This document shows, in pieces, positions 1-8,724 of a stretch of DNA of 64,000 bases; position 1 is the stretch's first letter; every line of letters begins with the position of its first letter. Made by a program: the position numbers and the translations under genes. Below the pieces are notes generated by a model. It did not search any database. It saw only the letters and a list, made by a program, of their open reading frames with translations, and had not been told where the DNA came from. Source of the DNA: Aureliella sp. (GTDB lineage Bacteria; Planctomycetota; Planctomycetia; Pirellulales; Pirellulaceae). The stretch is from positions 1,728,001 to 1,792,000 of the forward strand of contig OY829846.1 in assembly GCA_963691875.1 (NCBI GenBank), in the 5' to 3' direction.

Positions 1-51
1 TGGCTCGTTGTTGCCAAGAGGCAGTGGAGGTGGAGGAGGCGAAGCAGACAT
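1..51 (-). CDS. 5' end of a gene running off the window edge (MSASPPPPPLPLGNNEP...)
   Basis: ATG at 51-49 on the minus strand, open to position 1; Pro-rich N-terminus; divergent from nhaD. Confidence 0.4.
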   Translation of the reverse strand, partial: MSASPPPPPLPLGNNEP

Positions 52-578
52 TTGAAAGCCAAGTTGAGCAAAGCAGGAGCTTTAGGGGAACTGCCTAATC
101 TATCTATTTTAGCTTCGTAATACGGGCTGGAAGTCCGTTTTCTCACCTGATCCGGCTCTTCTGGGTCGCTCGTCGGCCCGCGGATCTGTGAATCGCCCTC
201 GAGGACCTGTGGTGGATTGAGCCGATCCCTATAGGTTTCGCTGTCGCCCCGATTCTTCGCCAGCCTAAGTCTCTGTCCTATATAGACTTGCGCAGCAAGT
301 AGCGATCCTTGCGAAGTGATCGCTCGAAGGACTCTCGAAACGGACGCAACGCAGGAGCTCGTCTTTCATGGCAACTCTGAGGCCGTGATCCGGAACAAAA
401 TTTACGGCTTAAGCGTTTTCTCGCGATCGTATCGAATTTGGCCTTTGGACAAGCCCTTATAGCTGTTATTCCTAATGGCGGATTTTCCAGCTCTAGCTCT
501 CTTCCAGTCCTTTGAAGGGAGCTTCCAGCCCCAAAACACGAATTCTGCCTCACCGTCTCGATTGAATAGATTCAAACC

Positions 579-2033
579 ATGTTGCTGACCAGCATCATCA
601 TTCTCTTTGTTGTGGGCTACATCATCATCGCTTTGGAGCATCCGCTCCACATCGACAAGGCAGCAACAGCCCTCTTTATTGGTGCAGGATGTTGGGCTTT
701 ATACTCGCTTGGCTTAGACACTCTATTGCCAATTGAAAAAGTGCCCGAGTCATTTCAGCAAGCGATGGTAGAGGATGGACACGCTCACTCGAGTGCTCAT
801 GAGCTGGTTCAGCACTACGCCATACATGGGCAGTTTGTCGAGCTGATCGCGGAGATCGCTTTCATCCTGTTCTTCCTGATGGGTGCGATGACAATCGTTG
901 AACTCGTCGATGCATACGAAGGGTTTTCTTACATCACCGACCGCATCAAGTCTCGGAAAAAATCGACTCTGCTGTGGACCGTTTGCGTATTGACCTTTTT
1001 CCTTTCCGCTGTGCTCGACAACCTGACCACAACCATTGTGATGGTCTCGCTAATGAAAAAGCTCATTAGCGACAAAGAGACGCGACTGTTCTTCTGCGGC
1101 ATGATTGTTGTTTCTGCCAATGCCGGAGGCGCTTGGACGGTCATTGGCGACGTCACAACAACAATGCTTTGGATCGGAGATAAGATCTCAACGATTGAGG
1201 TCATGAAAGCGTTGATTGTGCCAAGCCTATTCTGCATGATCGTGCCTTTGATTGTGGCCGGGATGATGCTGAAAGGTGAGGTCGATCGCCCGGAAAACAC
1301 CAACGAAGGCGCTCACAAGTCGCTTCAGAAGTGGCATAGCAATTTGTTTTTGGCACTTGGATTCGCGGGGCTGATTTTCGTCCCCATCTTCAAATCGGTG
1401 ACGCACTTACCGCCGTTCGTCGGCATGATGTTTAGCCTGAGTATTATCTGGATCGTGTCCGAGTTCGTGAAAAAGGATTTGGACGAAGCGACTGCCTCGA
1501 GCACCAATGTGGTCGCAGTCCTCAAGAAGATTGACTCCGCAAGCATCCTTTTCTTCCTCGGAATTCTCCTTGCTGTCGGTTCGCTGGATGCAACTGGTGT
1601 GTTGCTGCAGCTGGCGGGATGGCTGGAAGAGACAATTCCTAACATGCAAATTGTAGCTCTGATCATCGGTTTGCTGTCGGCCATTGTCGACAACGTTCCC
1701 TTGGTCGCGGCGGGGATCAAAATGTATGAGTTCCCGACCGATCACTCCTTCTGGCTCTTCCTGGCCTACTGTGCTGGGACTGGTGGAAGCTGCTTGATTA
1801 TTGGCTCTGCGGCTGGTGTCGCAGCAATGGGACTCGAGAAGATCGACTTCATCTGGTACATCCGCCGAGTTTCATTCTTTGCTCTGATTGGCTATCTCGG
1901 TGGTGCGGGAGTTTTTGTGCTGCAGGAGAAATTCGTCCTTCCGCACGAAAGTGGTCCGCCTGCTGCGGTGTCGGGCGAGCATGCGGGTGAAAATCACACG
2001 GGCTCTGAAACAGCCGCTGCGGCGGGTCACTAG
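579..2033 (+). CDS. nhaD: Na+/H+ antiporter, NhaD family
   Basis: Many TM helices; motifs LEHPLHIDKAATAL, FFLMGAMTIVELVD, SAVLDNLTTTIV, ANAGGAWTVIGDVTTTMLW, SAIVDNVPLVAA, AGTGGSCLIIGSAAGV. Confidence 0.92.
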   Translation: MLLTSIIILFVVGYIIIALEHPLHIDKAATALFIGAGCWALYSLGLDTLLPIEKVPESFQQAMVEDGHAHSSAHELVQHYAIHGQFVELIAEIAFILFFLMGAMTIVELVDAYEGFSYITDRIKSRKKSTLLWTVCVLTFFLSAVLDNLTTTIVMVSLMKKLISDKETRLFFCGMIVVSANAGGAWTVIGDVTTTMLWIGDKISTIEVMKALIVPSLFCMIVPLIVAGMMLKGEVDRPENTNEGAHKSLQKWHSNLFLALGFAGLIFVPIFKSVTHLPPFVGMMFSLSIIWIVSEFVKKDLDEATASSTNVVAVLKKIDSASILFFLGILLAVGSLDATGVLLQLAGWLEETIPNMQIVALIIGLLSAIVDNVPLVAAGIKMYEFPTDHSFWLFLAYCAGTGGSCLIIGSAAGVAAMGLEKIDFIWYIRRVSFFALIGYLGGAGVFVLQEKFVLPHESGPPAAVSGEHAGENHTGSETAAAAGH

Positions 2034-2346
2034 GGGGCTGGCGGATCCAGAGCGCAGGAATTGCTCGGGATGCGGGGAGGAATTCAGGCGAAGCCCGTTA
2101 CAGAGAGAGGCGAAGTAGTGGGTGAATCCCGCTACGGTCGAATTGTCCGACAAAATGGGAGCGACTCCTCAGAAAGGCTTGCCGAATCGGCCCTACGATC
2201 GAACTTTCCGTAGCAAATTGCCAGACTAGGGGATAAACTTAGTGATCCTAACTGGACCGCGCTCCAAACCTCTGTTCAGCGCGAGGCAAATTCACACTGA
2301 ATTTCTTTCAGTGACTGGTAACAACTTTCAACGGATCTGTACTTCG

Positions 2347-3396
2347 ATGAAGACTTCCATCCCAGCCTTTGCTTTGGCCGGAATCGTGATGATTGCCTCA
2401 GTTGGCTGTGAGCCACCGAAAGAGCTTCCTCGCTTGAAAAAGCCTAACGGACCACGTCAGGTCGTCTTGATGGAAGATCGATCCTTAGGCGGAGGAACGA
2501 CTTGGAGTTCAGGGATCACATTCGGTTCCGGCATGACGTTCGGCTCGGGTGTGACCTTTGGTTCCGGCATTACGATGGGTTCAGGCATCACGTACGGCTC
2601 AGGAATCACCCTGGGCTCGGGTGTGACTTACGGTTCTGGGATTCGTCTTGGCAGTGGGGTCACTGAAGGTGGCGGAATCACTCTCGGTTCGGGTACCACA
2701 CAAGGCGGTGGCATTCGCCTTGGCTCTGGCACCACCTATGGCTCCGGAATTCGTTTGGGCTCCGGTGTGACGGGTGGACGCGGCATCACCCTCAGTCAGG
2801 AGAAGGTGGTTGTAGCACCCAAGCCGGCAAGGAAACCGCAGACGAATATTCTGGTAATTCCGGAAACCGGAAGCGGCCGCTCCGGTGCACTGTTTGACAT
2901 GCTTCAACAGAGACGCCAAGCAATGAACAAGGACAAGGTATCCCTTGACCAAGTGGATTATGACGGATTGCAAAGGGTACTTGGTGAACAAAAAGGCAAA
3001 GTCGTTGTTCTAGACATGTGGAGCACAGCTTGCCTGCCATGCATGCGAGAGTTTCCGAATTTGGTTGCTTTGAGCAAGACAAATACTGCTGACCTCGCTT
3101 GCATCTCGCTGAACATTGATTACACCGGAGCGAAGACCAAGTCGCCTCAGTACTACGCTCCGAAGGTAAGGGATTTCTTGGAACGAGAGCGAGCTTCCAC
3201 AACGATCAACTTGCAGTCTACTGTGCCTGATGAGGATATGTCTGCGAAGTTCGAAGTGTATTCGATTCCTGCGATTCTGATTTTTGATCGCGAAGGCAAG
3301 CTCGTACACAATCTTGGCGAACACAATGCTGTGAAAGATGGGCTAAGCTACGAACGCGATGTGCTTCCCAAACTGAAAGTATTACTTCAGAAATAA
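2347..3396 (+). CDS. TlpA/ResA-like thioredoxin-fold lipoprotein with N-terminal Gly/Ser hexapeptide repeat region
   Basis: Likely start ATG 2347 (MKTSIPAF...ASVG-C lipobox); C-terminal KGKVVVLDMWSTACLPCMREFP (CxxC) and YSIPAILIFDREGK (cis-Pro); the ORF-track start at 2242 is probably too early. Confidence 0.85.
   Translation: MKTSIPAFALAGIVMIASVGCEPPKELPRLKKPNGPRQVVLMEDRSLGGGTTWSSGITFGSGMTFGSGVTFGSGITMGSGITYGSGITLGSGVTYGSGIRLGSGVTEGGGITLGSGTTQGGGIRLGSGTTYGSGIRLGSGVTGGRGITLSQEKVVVAPKPARKPQTNILVIPETGSGRSGALFDMLQQRRQAMNKDKVSLDQVDYDGLQRVLGEQKGKVVVLDMWSTACLPCMREFPNLVALSKTNTADLACISLNIDYTGAKTKSPQYYAPKVRDFLERERASTTINLQSTVPDEDMSAKFEVYSIPAILIFDREGKLVHNLGEHNAVKDGLSYERDVLPKLKVLLQK
2488..2793 (+). repeat. 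17 x 18-bp coding tandem repeat (GSG-[IVMT]-[TR]-[FLYM])
   Basis: GGGTTW SSGITF GSGMTF GSGVTF GSGITM GSGITY GSGITL GSGVTY GSGIRL GSGVTE GGGITL GSGTTQ GGGIRL GSGTTY GSGIRL GSGVTG GRGITL; 306 bp = 17 x 18. Confidence 0.95.
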
Positions 3397-3765
3397 CATT
3401 TCGCTGTCCCGAGATCAGCTCAAACGCTAGGCTAACGAATTCACCATCTCAAGAATTCATAAGTAAGTCTTTTGAAGAATCCGGACGTTGATCCAGCGCA
3501 GTTGAAACTTGTCGCCGCGCGATTCGCCGCTTCGCGCGACAATCCATAGTGATTCGTTCGCTCCGTACTGGGCCAGGCACTCCTCTACTCCTTCTCGTCG
3601 GAGCCATTGGCACAGCCATCTTGACCTTGTTGGTGGTTGTCAGCAGCCGGGTGCGGACTTCGCATTGGCCGATCGGAATCGCATCGTTGCTTTTCGGTGC
3701 TTTCCTTCGCAACGTTGGACTTGCTTGTCGCGTGAAGAACATTTGGGCAGCTCAATCGCACTTCA

Positions 3766-3796
3766 TTGACTAGGGAAAAGTCTTGACTAGGGAAAA
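3766..3796. repeat. 14-bp direct repeat TTGACTAGGGAAAA x2 (3-nt spacer)
   Basis: Identical copies at 3766-3779 and 3783-3796. Confidence 0.8.
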
Positions 3797-3824
3797 CTCG
3801 ACCAATTTGAGTAGGCTGCTCGTG

Positions 3825-5915
3825 CTATGGCGCAAGCTCTTCCTTTATCTTCATAATGACAGGTCGGCGTTCTTCGGGAGTCATGTAATACCAGTAACCG
3901 AACTCGACATCGAGCTTCCTACCGATGAGCCGCTCGATGGCAGTCTGGGTGAACTGGCGGTTGAGCAGATACTCGTCGTCAAGACCTTGCACCAAATGCT
4001 TGAGTCCCCATTTCGCCCCTTGCCTGGCGAATGCTTCGGTAGCGACCAGTCGCGTCGCTTCGTGTTCTTGCTTCAGCCAGCCAATCCCCACGGCTTGACT
4101 TCGATCTGCATAGTTGGCATCAAGTTCTCTTTGGTCGACGGAGCGGCCGTACCATTGCTGTAGGTAGCTGAGCGTCCAGTCGATGGATTTCTCAAGGTGA
4201 CATAAGTTGCAGGCGTTTGGCTGATTTTGCTCCAACATATCCGTTTGTGTTGGGGAGAAAATAGTGTGCGTCCGAACCACATCCTGCATACCCTCGTTAA
4301 TGTGCGGCATGTGGCAGTTCATGCAGCGGTCGCCGCTCGAGCCGGCAGGGTGCCGCGTGTGTGTTAGCCGAGTCGGGGCATCGTTATACTTCTCATGACA
4401 CCGAATGCACGACGCATCATCCTGCGACGGAGTCTTCACCCATTTCTTGCCGATGCTTTTATGAGGATCGTGACAGTCGATACACGACATCTCGGAATAG
4501 CATGCCCCGTGAATTGCATCGCTGAACTCGGTCGAATTCCAAGTCGATATACCGGACGCATACTTAGGCCGATTTCCAGCGTGACAGCGAGCACACGCCG
4601 AGTTGATGTTGATTGCGTTTCGTCCAGTGTCGATCCCACGCGGATCGTCGTATCCATAGAGGTGCGGGCTCTGTGGCGAAAATGCAGGAGCTGCCTCTTT
4701 GTCTGCCGCATGCTCCTTGCAACCAAGATGACAGGCTTCGCAGCTGACTCCTAAGGTGGCGGCTTTGTCACGAGCGTCGAAGCCCATGAATGTACCTGTC
4801 ATTGCTGTGAGATCTTCGTTCGGAAACAACTGCGGCGCTTGCTTGCCGTCCCAAATTCCAGGATGCTGCTCAGCGACGAACTGGCTCAAGTCAAACACCC
4901 GTGGCTCAGTCATCGATGGTCCGATTTGCTTGGGCATGCGCACAAACATGTCTGCCAGCGGAAATGTCGTGTGGCAGTAATTGCAGGCTTGACGATAGAC
5001 CAGCCCCATTTGCATCGAGTGATCCACGACACCTCGCGACGTACCTACTTGTTCCACACCGTCAGACTTGGCGACTGGCTTGACCGTCTCGATCGGCTCC
5101 CAACGCTCGCCCTCGGGCAGTTCCTCCGAAACGTGAACGATTGGTACCCAGGCCTTCCGCTCAATCCAGTAGCCAAATGGCAGAACATGGTCTTCTTTGT
5201 AAAAATCGTGGTCTTTCGGCTCGGTGCCTTCTAGTCCGACGCCAACGTAGTATTGGTAGAAACGCGATCCAATAGTTTGATGGATCTCGTAGAGCTTCTT
5301 CATATCTCTGCGTTCGTAGCGCATCATGTACTTTCCGTCTTGCCGATAGAAAGTGCCCAAGCCGCCAAGATATTCGATCTTCGATTTGCCTGAAAAATCT
5401 CCAAGGACAGACTCATTGTTGGCGACAGCGTTCATCCAACGGTGAGAACTCTGCGACCAGTCCGAGTGATTTTCTTGGTGACAATCCGTGCAAGCCTGAG
5501 GGCCAACATAGTCTGCTGGCGTCACATTGCTTTTTTGCGATACAGGTTGCACCTGAGCGCGTATCTCTGGCTTCATGGGATCCCAAACCATAGTGAGATT
5601 CCCAGCCTGAAAGTACCGGGTTTCGCGAGCCATCATATTCTCAGGATCATCGGCCGCAACCACCGGATTAGTGTTGGAAGACCGCGTTGCTTTGCGGGCT
5701 GCACGGCGTTCAGCTCGCCGCTTCTCCGCCTCGAAGTCGTCCAGCAGAAAGGGCAGCGAGGCCAGGGCCGCCAAGCCAATAATCAACATCGAAACACCGA
5801 TTCCCCAGGCAAGACGACTCGGCTTTGCTGAAGCAGCAGGGTCACGACTAGGGTTTGCATGCGCGCCTGTGGTATCGCGGCGTATCGGTTTCTGGGACCG
5901 CTTTCGATTGGACAT
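3825..5915 (-). CDS. Membrane-anchored octaheme c-type cytochrome with C-terminal HEAT-like segment
   Basis: Eight CxxCH motifs (CTDCH, CNYCH, CEACH, CARCH, CIDCH, CIRCH, CMNCH, CNLCH); N-terminal TM anchor. Confidence 0.9.
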   Translation of the reverse strand: MSNRKRSQKPIRRDTTGAHANPSRDPAASAKPSRLAWGIGVSMLIIGLAALASLPFLLDDFEAEKRRAERRAARKATRSSNTNPVVAADDPENMMARETRYFQAGNLTMVWDPMKPEIRAQVQPVSQKSNVTPADYVGPQACTDCHQENHSDWSQSSHRWMNAVANNESVLGDFSGKSKIEYLGGLGTFYRQDGKYMMRYERRDMKKLYEIHQTIGSRFYQYYVGVGLEGTEPKDHDFYKEDHVLPFGYWIERKAWVPIVHVSEELPEGERWEPIETVKPVAKSDGVEQVGTSRGVVDHSMQMGLVYRQACNYCHTTFPLADMFVRMPKQIGPSMTEPRVFDLSQFVAEQHPGIWDGKQAPQLFPNEDLTAMTGTFMGFDARDKAATLGVSCEACHLGCKEHAADKEAAPAFSPQSPHLYGYDDPRGIDTGRNAININSACARCHAGNRPKYASGISTWNSTEFSDAIHGACYSEMSCIDCHDPHKSIGKKWVKTPSQDDASCIRCHEKYNDAPTRLTHTRHPAGSSGDRCMNCHMPHINEGMQDVVRTHTIFSPTQTDMLEQNQPNACNLCHLEKSIDWTLSYLQQWYGRSVDQRELDANYADRSQAVGIGWLKQEHEATRLVATEAFARQGAKWGLKHLVQGLDDEYLLNRQFTQTAIERLIGRKLDVEFGYWYYMTPEERRPVIMKIKEELAP

Positions 5916-6286
5916 GTTGGATAGGTATGGAGGCGAGGGCGGGTTGAAACAGTCAACCTATCCTACCCGATTTCAATCACGGTTCGACCAAACGGCAAGT
6001 CGAAAATTTCGCTTGTGACCGAAACGCGCTGGCGTCCGCGATCGCAGACTTCTCAGATTTGTAATTGGCCTGAATCGTAACTCCGCCTAATTCCCTTTCT
6101 TTGCCTTACCAGAGTTGAAGGCCGCGCCGGCGCGAGAAGCGTATTGAATTCTTACCGTCGAAACTATGGATAGCTCCGGACGCATGGCGAGAGACTTCGG
6201 CTGCAAGTCAACATTTAGGTTCATGCACCGTGGCATGGTCGGTATTCGATCCGAAAAGAACTAGCAAACCTGCGCGGCGCGAATGG

Positions 6287-6415
6287 CTAGGCTCTGTTGA
6301 TTTATTGTGAGCGGCGTAACGTTATGCCGCCGGGGCCAGCTCATAATGAGTCTGGAAGAACCGACGGCTAGTGCCTTGTCGCGCACGTAATCTCAGAATT
6401 GTTCATAGAACTTAG
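6287..6415. repeat. Degenerate REP/MITE-like palindromic element
   Basis: Imperfect terminal inverted repeats (ctaggctctgttga / ttcatagaacttag); internal palindrome gcggcgtaac-gttatgccgc; 21/32 identity of 6307-6338 with 47049-47080. Confidence 0.45.
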
Positions 6416-6672
6416 AGCGAAATTCTAATCATCATGGGCAAGGTAGCCGCACCGAATAGAAATCGGCTTGGTGGCGGACCGACGCACGAATCCGCGTATT
6501 TCAATCCAGAAGCGGCGGAAAAAGCACTAGCAAACACCAGGAGCTCCATAATGGCGTGAACCATGCTCGGCAAGAAACCCTAAATCCCGAAGCTTGTGCC
6601 ATAGCGTAGCCAACAGCCTGCCGATGCCTCTCCTGCGGTTCCAACGAATATCCAGTAGATAGGAGGAATCTG

Positions 6673-7680
6673 GTGATTCGATATCAACAATACGGACATT
6701 CCATTACGGCCCTCGCTCTCTTCTTGGCCCATGGATTGGCGAACATCTCAAAAGCACAAGACTGCAAGTACACGATCTGCGATGCAGGAATGAGCTGCGC
6801 TAGCTTGGCGTGCGACCACTTGTCTTGCGAAAAAGGCCTCTCCATCACAGATTTGATTCGCCCAAGCGATCATTGTTTCGATGACTTCATCAGTCCGATG
6901 AGCAACCTTGTCTTCTTCGAAGACCCGCGCACGCTGACTGAGTTTCGGCCAATCTACATCAACCATAGTGTACCGAGCGTCATCGGAAATGGGGTCACGG
7001 CTGGCGGAAACATCCAGCTCTACGCGGCGCAATTTAGAATTGCTCTCACCGAAAAACTCAGCATCATTGCGGTGAAAGATGGATTCATCATTGACGACAC
7101 CTCAGGTGCACTCGATGCACTACTCGCCGATGGTTGGGCCGATGTGGCAGCCGGGCTGAAGTACAACGTGATTCGCGATCCACAGAAAGGGCGGCTAGCT
7201 TCCGTAGGTGCAACTTACGAGTTGCCAATTGGTAGCACTCGTGCACTCCAAGATATCGGTGATGGCGAATTTCACTTTTTCGCTACCGGCGGTCAACGAC
7301 TCATGGGTGGCGATGCTCACATTTTGTCAAGTATCGGATATCGTCTACCGCTTGATGGAGACGTACAGAGTTCAGCGATTCACTGGTCGAATCATTTTGA
7401 TGTCCGACTAACCGAGAAGGTCTACTTGTTCACTGAGCTCGTTTGGTGGCATTGGACGGACGACGCTGCGGCGGGTGCCCCGCTAGGTGTTGGTGGGCAG
7501 GACCTTTTCAACTTGAGCGTAAGCAACATCGCCGGCAACGAACTCGTGACTCAGAACGCTGGGATGCGTTGGAAGCCATGCGGCAATTGCGAAACAGGTA
7601 TCGCCTATGAACTACCGGTGACTACCTTCAAAGACGTGTTGGACAATCGCCTGACTCTCGACTTGATTTTCCGCTATTAG
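6673..7680 (+). CDS. Planctomycete conserved exported protein, probable outer-membrane beta-barrel
   Basis: RBS AGGAGG 6661-6666, GTG start, signal peptide, Cys-rich N-terminus, FDDFISPMSNLVFFEDPR motif, amphipathic strands, terminal LTLDLIFRY beta-signal. Confidence 0.7.
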   Translation: MIRYQQYGHSITALALFLAHGLANISKAQDCKYTICDAGMSCASLACDHLSCEKGLSITDLIRPSDHCFDDFISPMSNLVFFEDPRTLTEFRPIYINHSVPSVIGNGVTAGGNIQLYAAQFRIALTEKLSIIAVKDGFIIDDTSGALDALLADGWADVAAGLKYNVIRDPQKGRLASVGATYELPIGSTRALQDIGDGEFHFFATGGQRLMGGDAHILSSIGYRLPLDGDVQSSAIHWSNHFDVRLTEKVYLFTELVWWHWTDDAAAGAPLGVGGQDLFNLSVSNIAGNELVTQNAGMRWKPCGNCETGIAYELPVTTFKDVLDNRLTLDLIFRY

Positions 7681-7738
7681 TCGACACTCCTAACCCTCAA
7701 GCCACGGACGTCGCGTTTCCCCGGCTCTACAACTTTTG

Positions 7739-7767
7739 CCCTCTGGAAATGGCTCCAGAGGGGTTTT
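7739..7767. terminator. Intrinsic terminator between convergent genes
   Basis: Stem ccctctgga / tccagaggg with 6-nt loop, followed by gtttt. Confidence 0.6.
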
Positions 7768-7812
7768 GTAATTGGTGGCTTGGTTGGGTAAAAAGATATC
7801 TGGCATGCTGCT

Positions 7813-8694
7813 TTAGGAGGATTCTGAATCTTCACAGATCTGCATAAATTCTAAAACTTTGCGGTAGATCTCCAGGGGCCAGTAGTCATTGTGTTCTAGG
7901 TTTTCTGACAACACAAACTCCTTTTCATCACCTGGACAAGCCTCAAAGAGCTTGCGCCCAAATCGATAAGGTACGACATTGTCTGGCTTGCCGTGAATTG
8001 AGATCATCGGTCCCGAATAGCATTGGATTCGCTCCTCAGATGGCCAGCGATTGCTGAGCAACAGCCGTACCGGTAGCCATGGGTAATGATTGGAAGCGAC
8101 ATCGACCATGGAGTTAAAGCTACGATCGACTATCAGCCCCTTAGCACCATTCTTGCTAGCCAAGTGAACAGCGACAGCACCACCCAACGAACGTCCCCAT
8201 AAGTAGACCTCACTTGCCTGGATTCCCGCCCTTGCAGCCAGCCAGTCATGTGCTGCTTCGCCATCGGCGATGATCCCAGGTTCAGTGGGTTTACCAGGAC
8301 TCTTTCCGTAACCGCGATAATCGAACGCAAATACATTTGCTCGATAGATTTTTCGCAATTCATCGAGCTGTTCTCCGAGATAGCCCATGTGCTCGCCATT
8401 CCCATGGCAGAGGAGGATAGTTCGCTCTGCAGCCTCATGCTCAAGGTACCAGCCGTGAATCATGTTGCCCTGCGCAGTTTTGATTTCGATGTCTTCGTAG
8501 TCTAGCTGTGGTTTCCAGTCACCATTCTGGGGACTCGGGGCTGGATACATCAAGAAGCTTTCTAGTGCTGCAACAATCACAACAACCGCCAGATAGATGA
8601 ATAGGAAGCTCAGCAGAGAACGTTTGCCGCGCTGCCAGATGGTGCGTCTGGGCTTTCTAACGCTCGTTGTGGAAGAGTCACTAGCTTTCATCAC
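7813..8694 (-). CDS. Alpha/beta hydrolase (ABHD13/17-like), N-terminal TM anchor
   Basis: HGNG oxyanion motif, DYRGYG, nucleophile GRSLG, HGKPD acid, HND histidine. Confidence 0.88.
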   Translation of the reverse strand: MMKASDSSTTSVRKPRRTIWQRGKRSLLSFLFIYLAVVVIVAALESFLMYPAPSPQNGDWKPQLDYEDIEIKTAQGNMIHGWYLEHEAAERTILLCHGNGEHMGYLGEQLDELRKIYRANVFAFDYRGYGKSPGKPTEPGIIADGEAAHDWLAARAGIQASEVYLWGRSLGGAVAVHLASKNGAKGLIVDRSFNSMVDVASNHYPWLPVRLLLSNRWPSEERIQCYSGPMISIHGKPDNVVPYRFGRKLFEACPGDEKEFVLSENLEHNDYWPLEIYRKVLEFMQICEDSESS

Positions 8695-8724
8695 TGCTCC
8701 TCATTCCCTGGTGCCAGCATACGA

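Noticed and set aside
52..578. Na+/Li+ riboswitch upstream of nhaD
   Set aside because: Only short hairpins are visible; I cannot match a consensus by eye and an Infernal/Rfam scan would be needed
2488..2793. Possible CRISPR or DNA-level repeat
   Set aside because: Conservation is at amino-acid level with synonymous divergence
3449..3773. Short ORFs between the TlpA and cytochrome genes
   Set aside because: No RBS or recognisable motif; the hydrophobic 74-aa ORF may be a relic but is unsupported
3825..5915. Annotation as NrfA or hydroxylamine oxidoreductase
   Set aside because: No CxxCK motif and no other diagnostic features or partner genes; only the heme count is supportable
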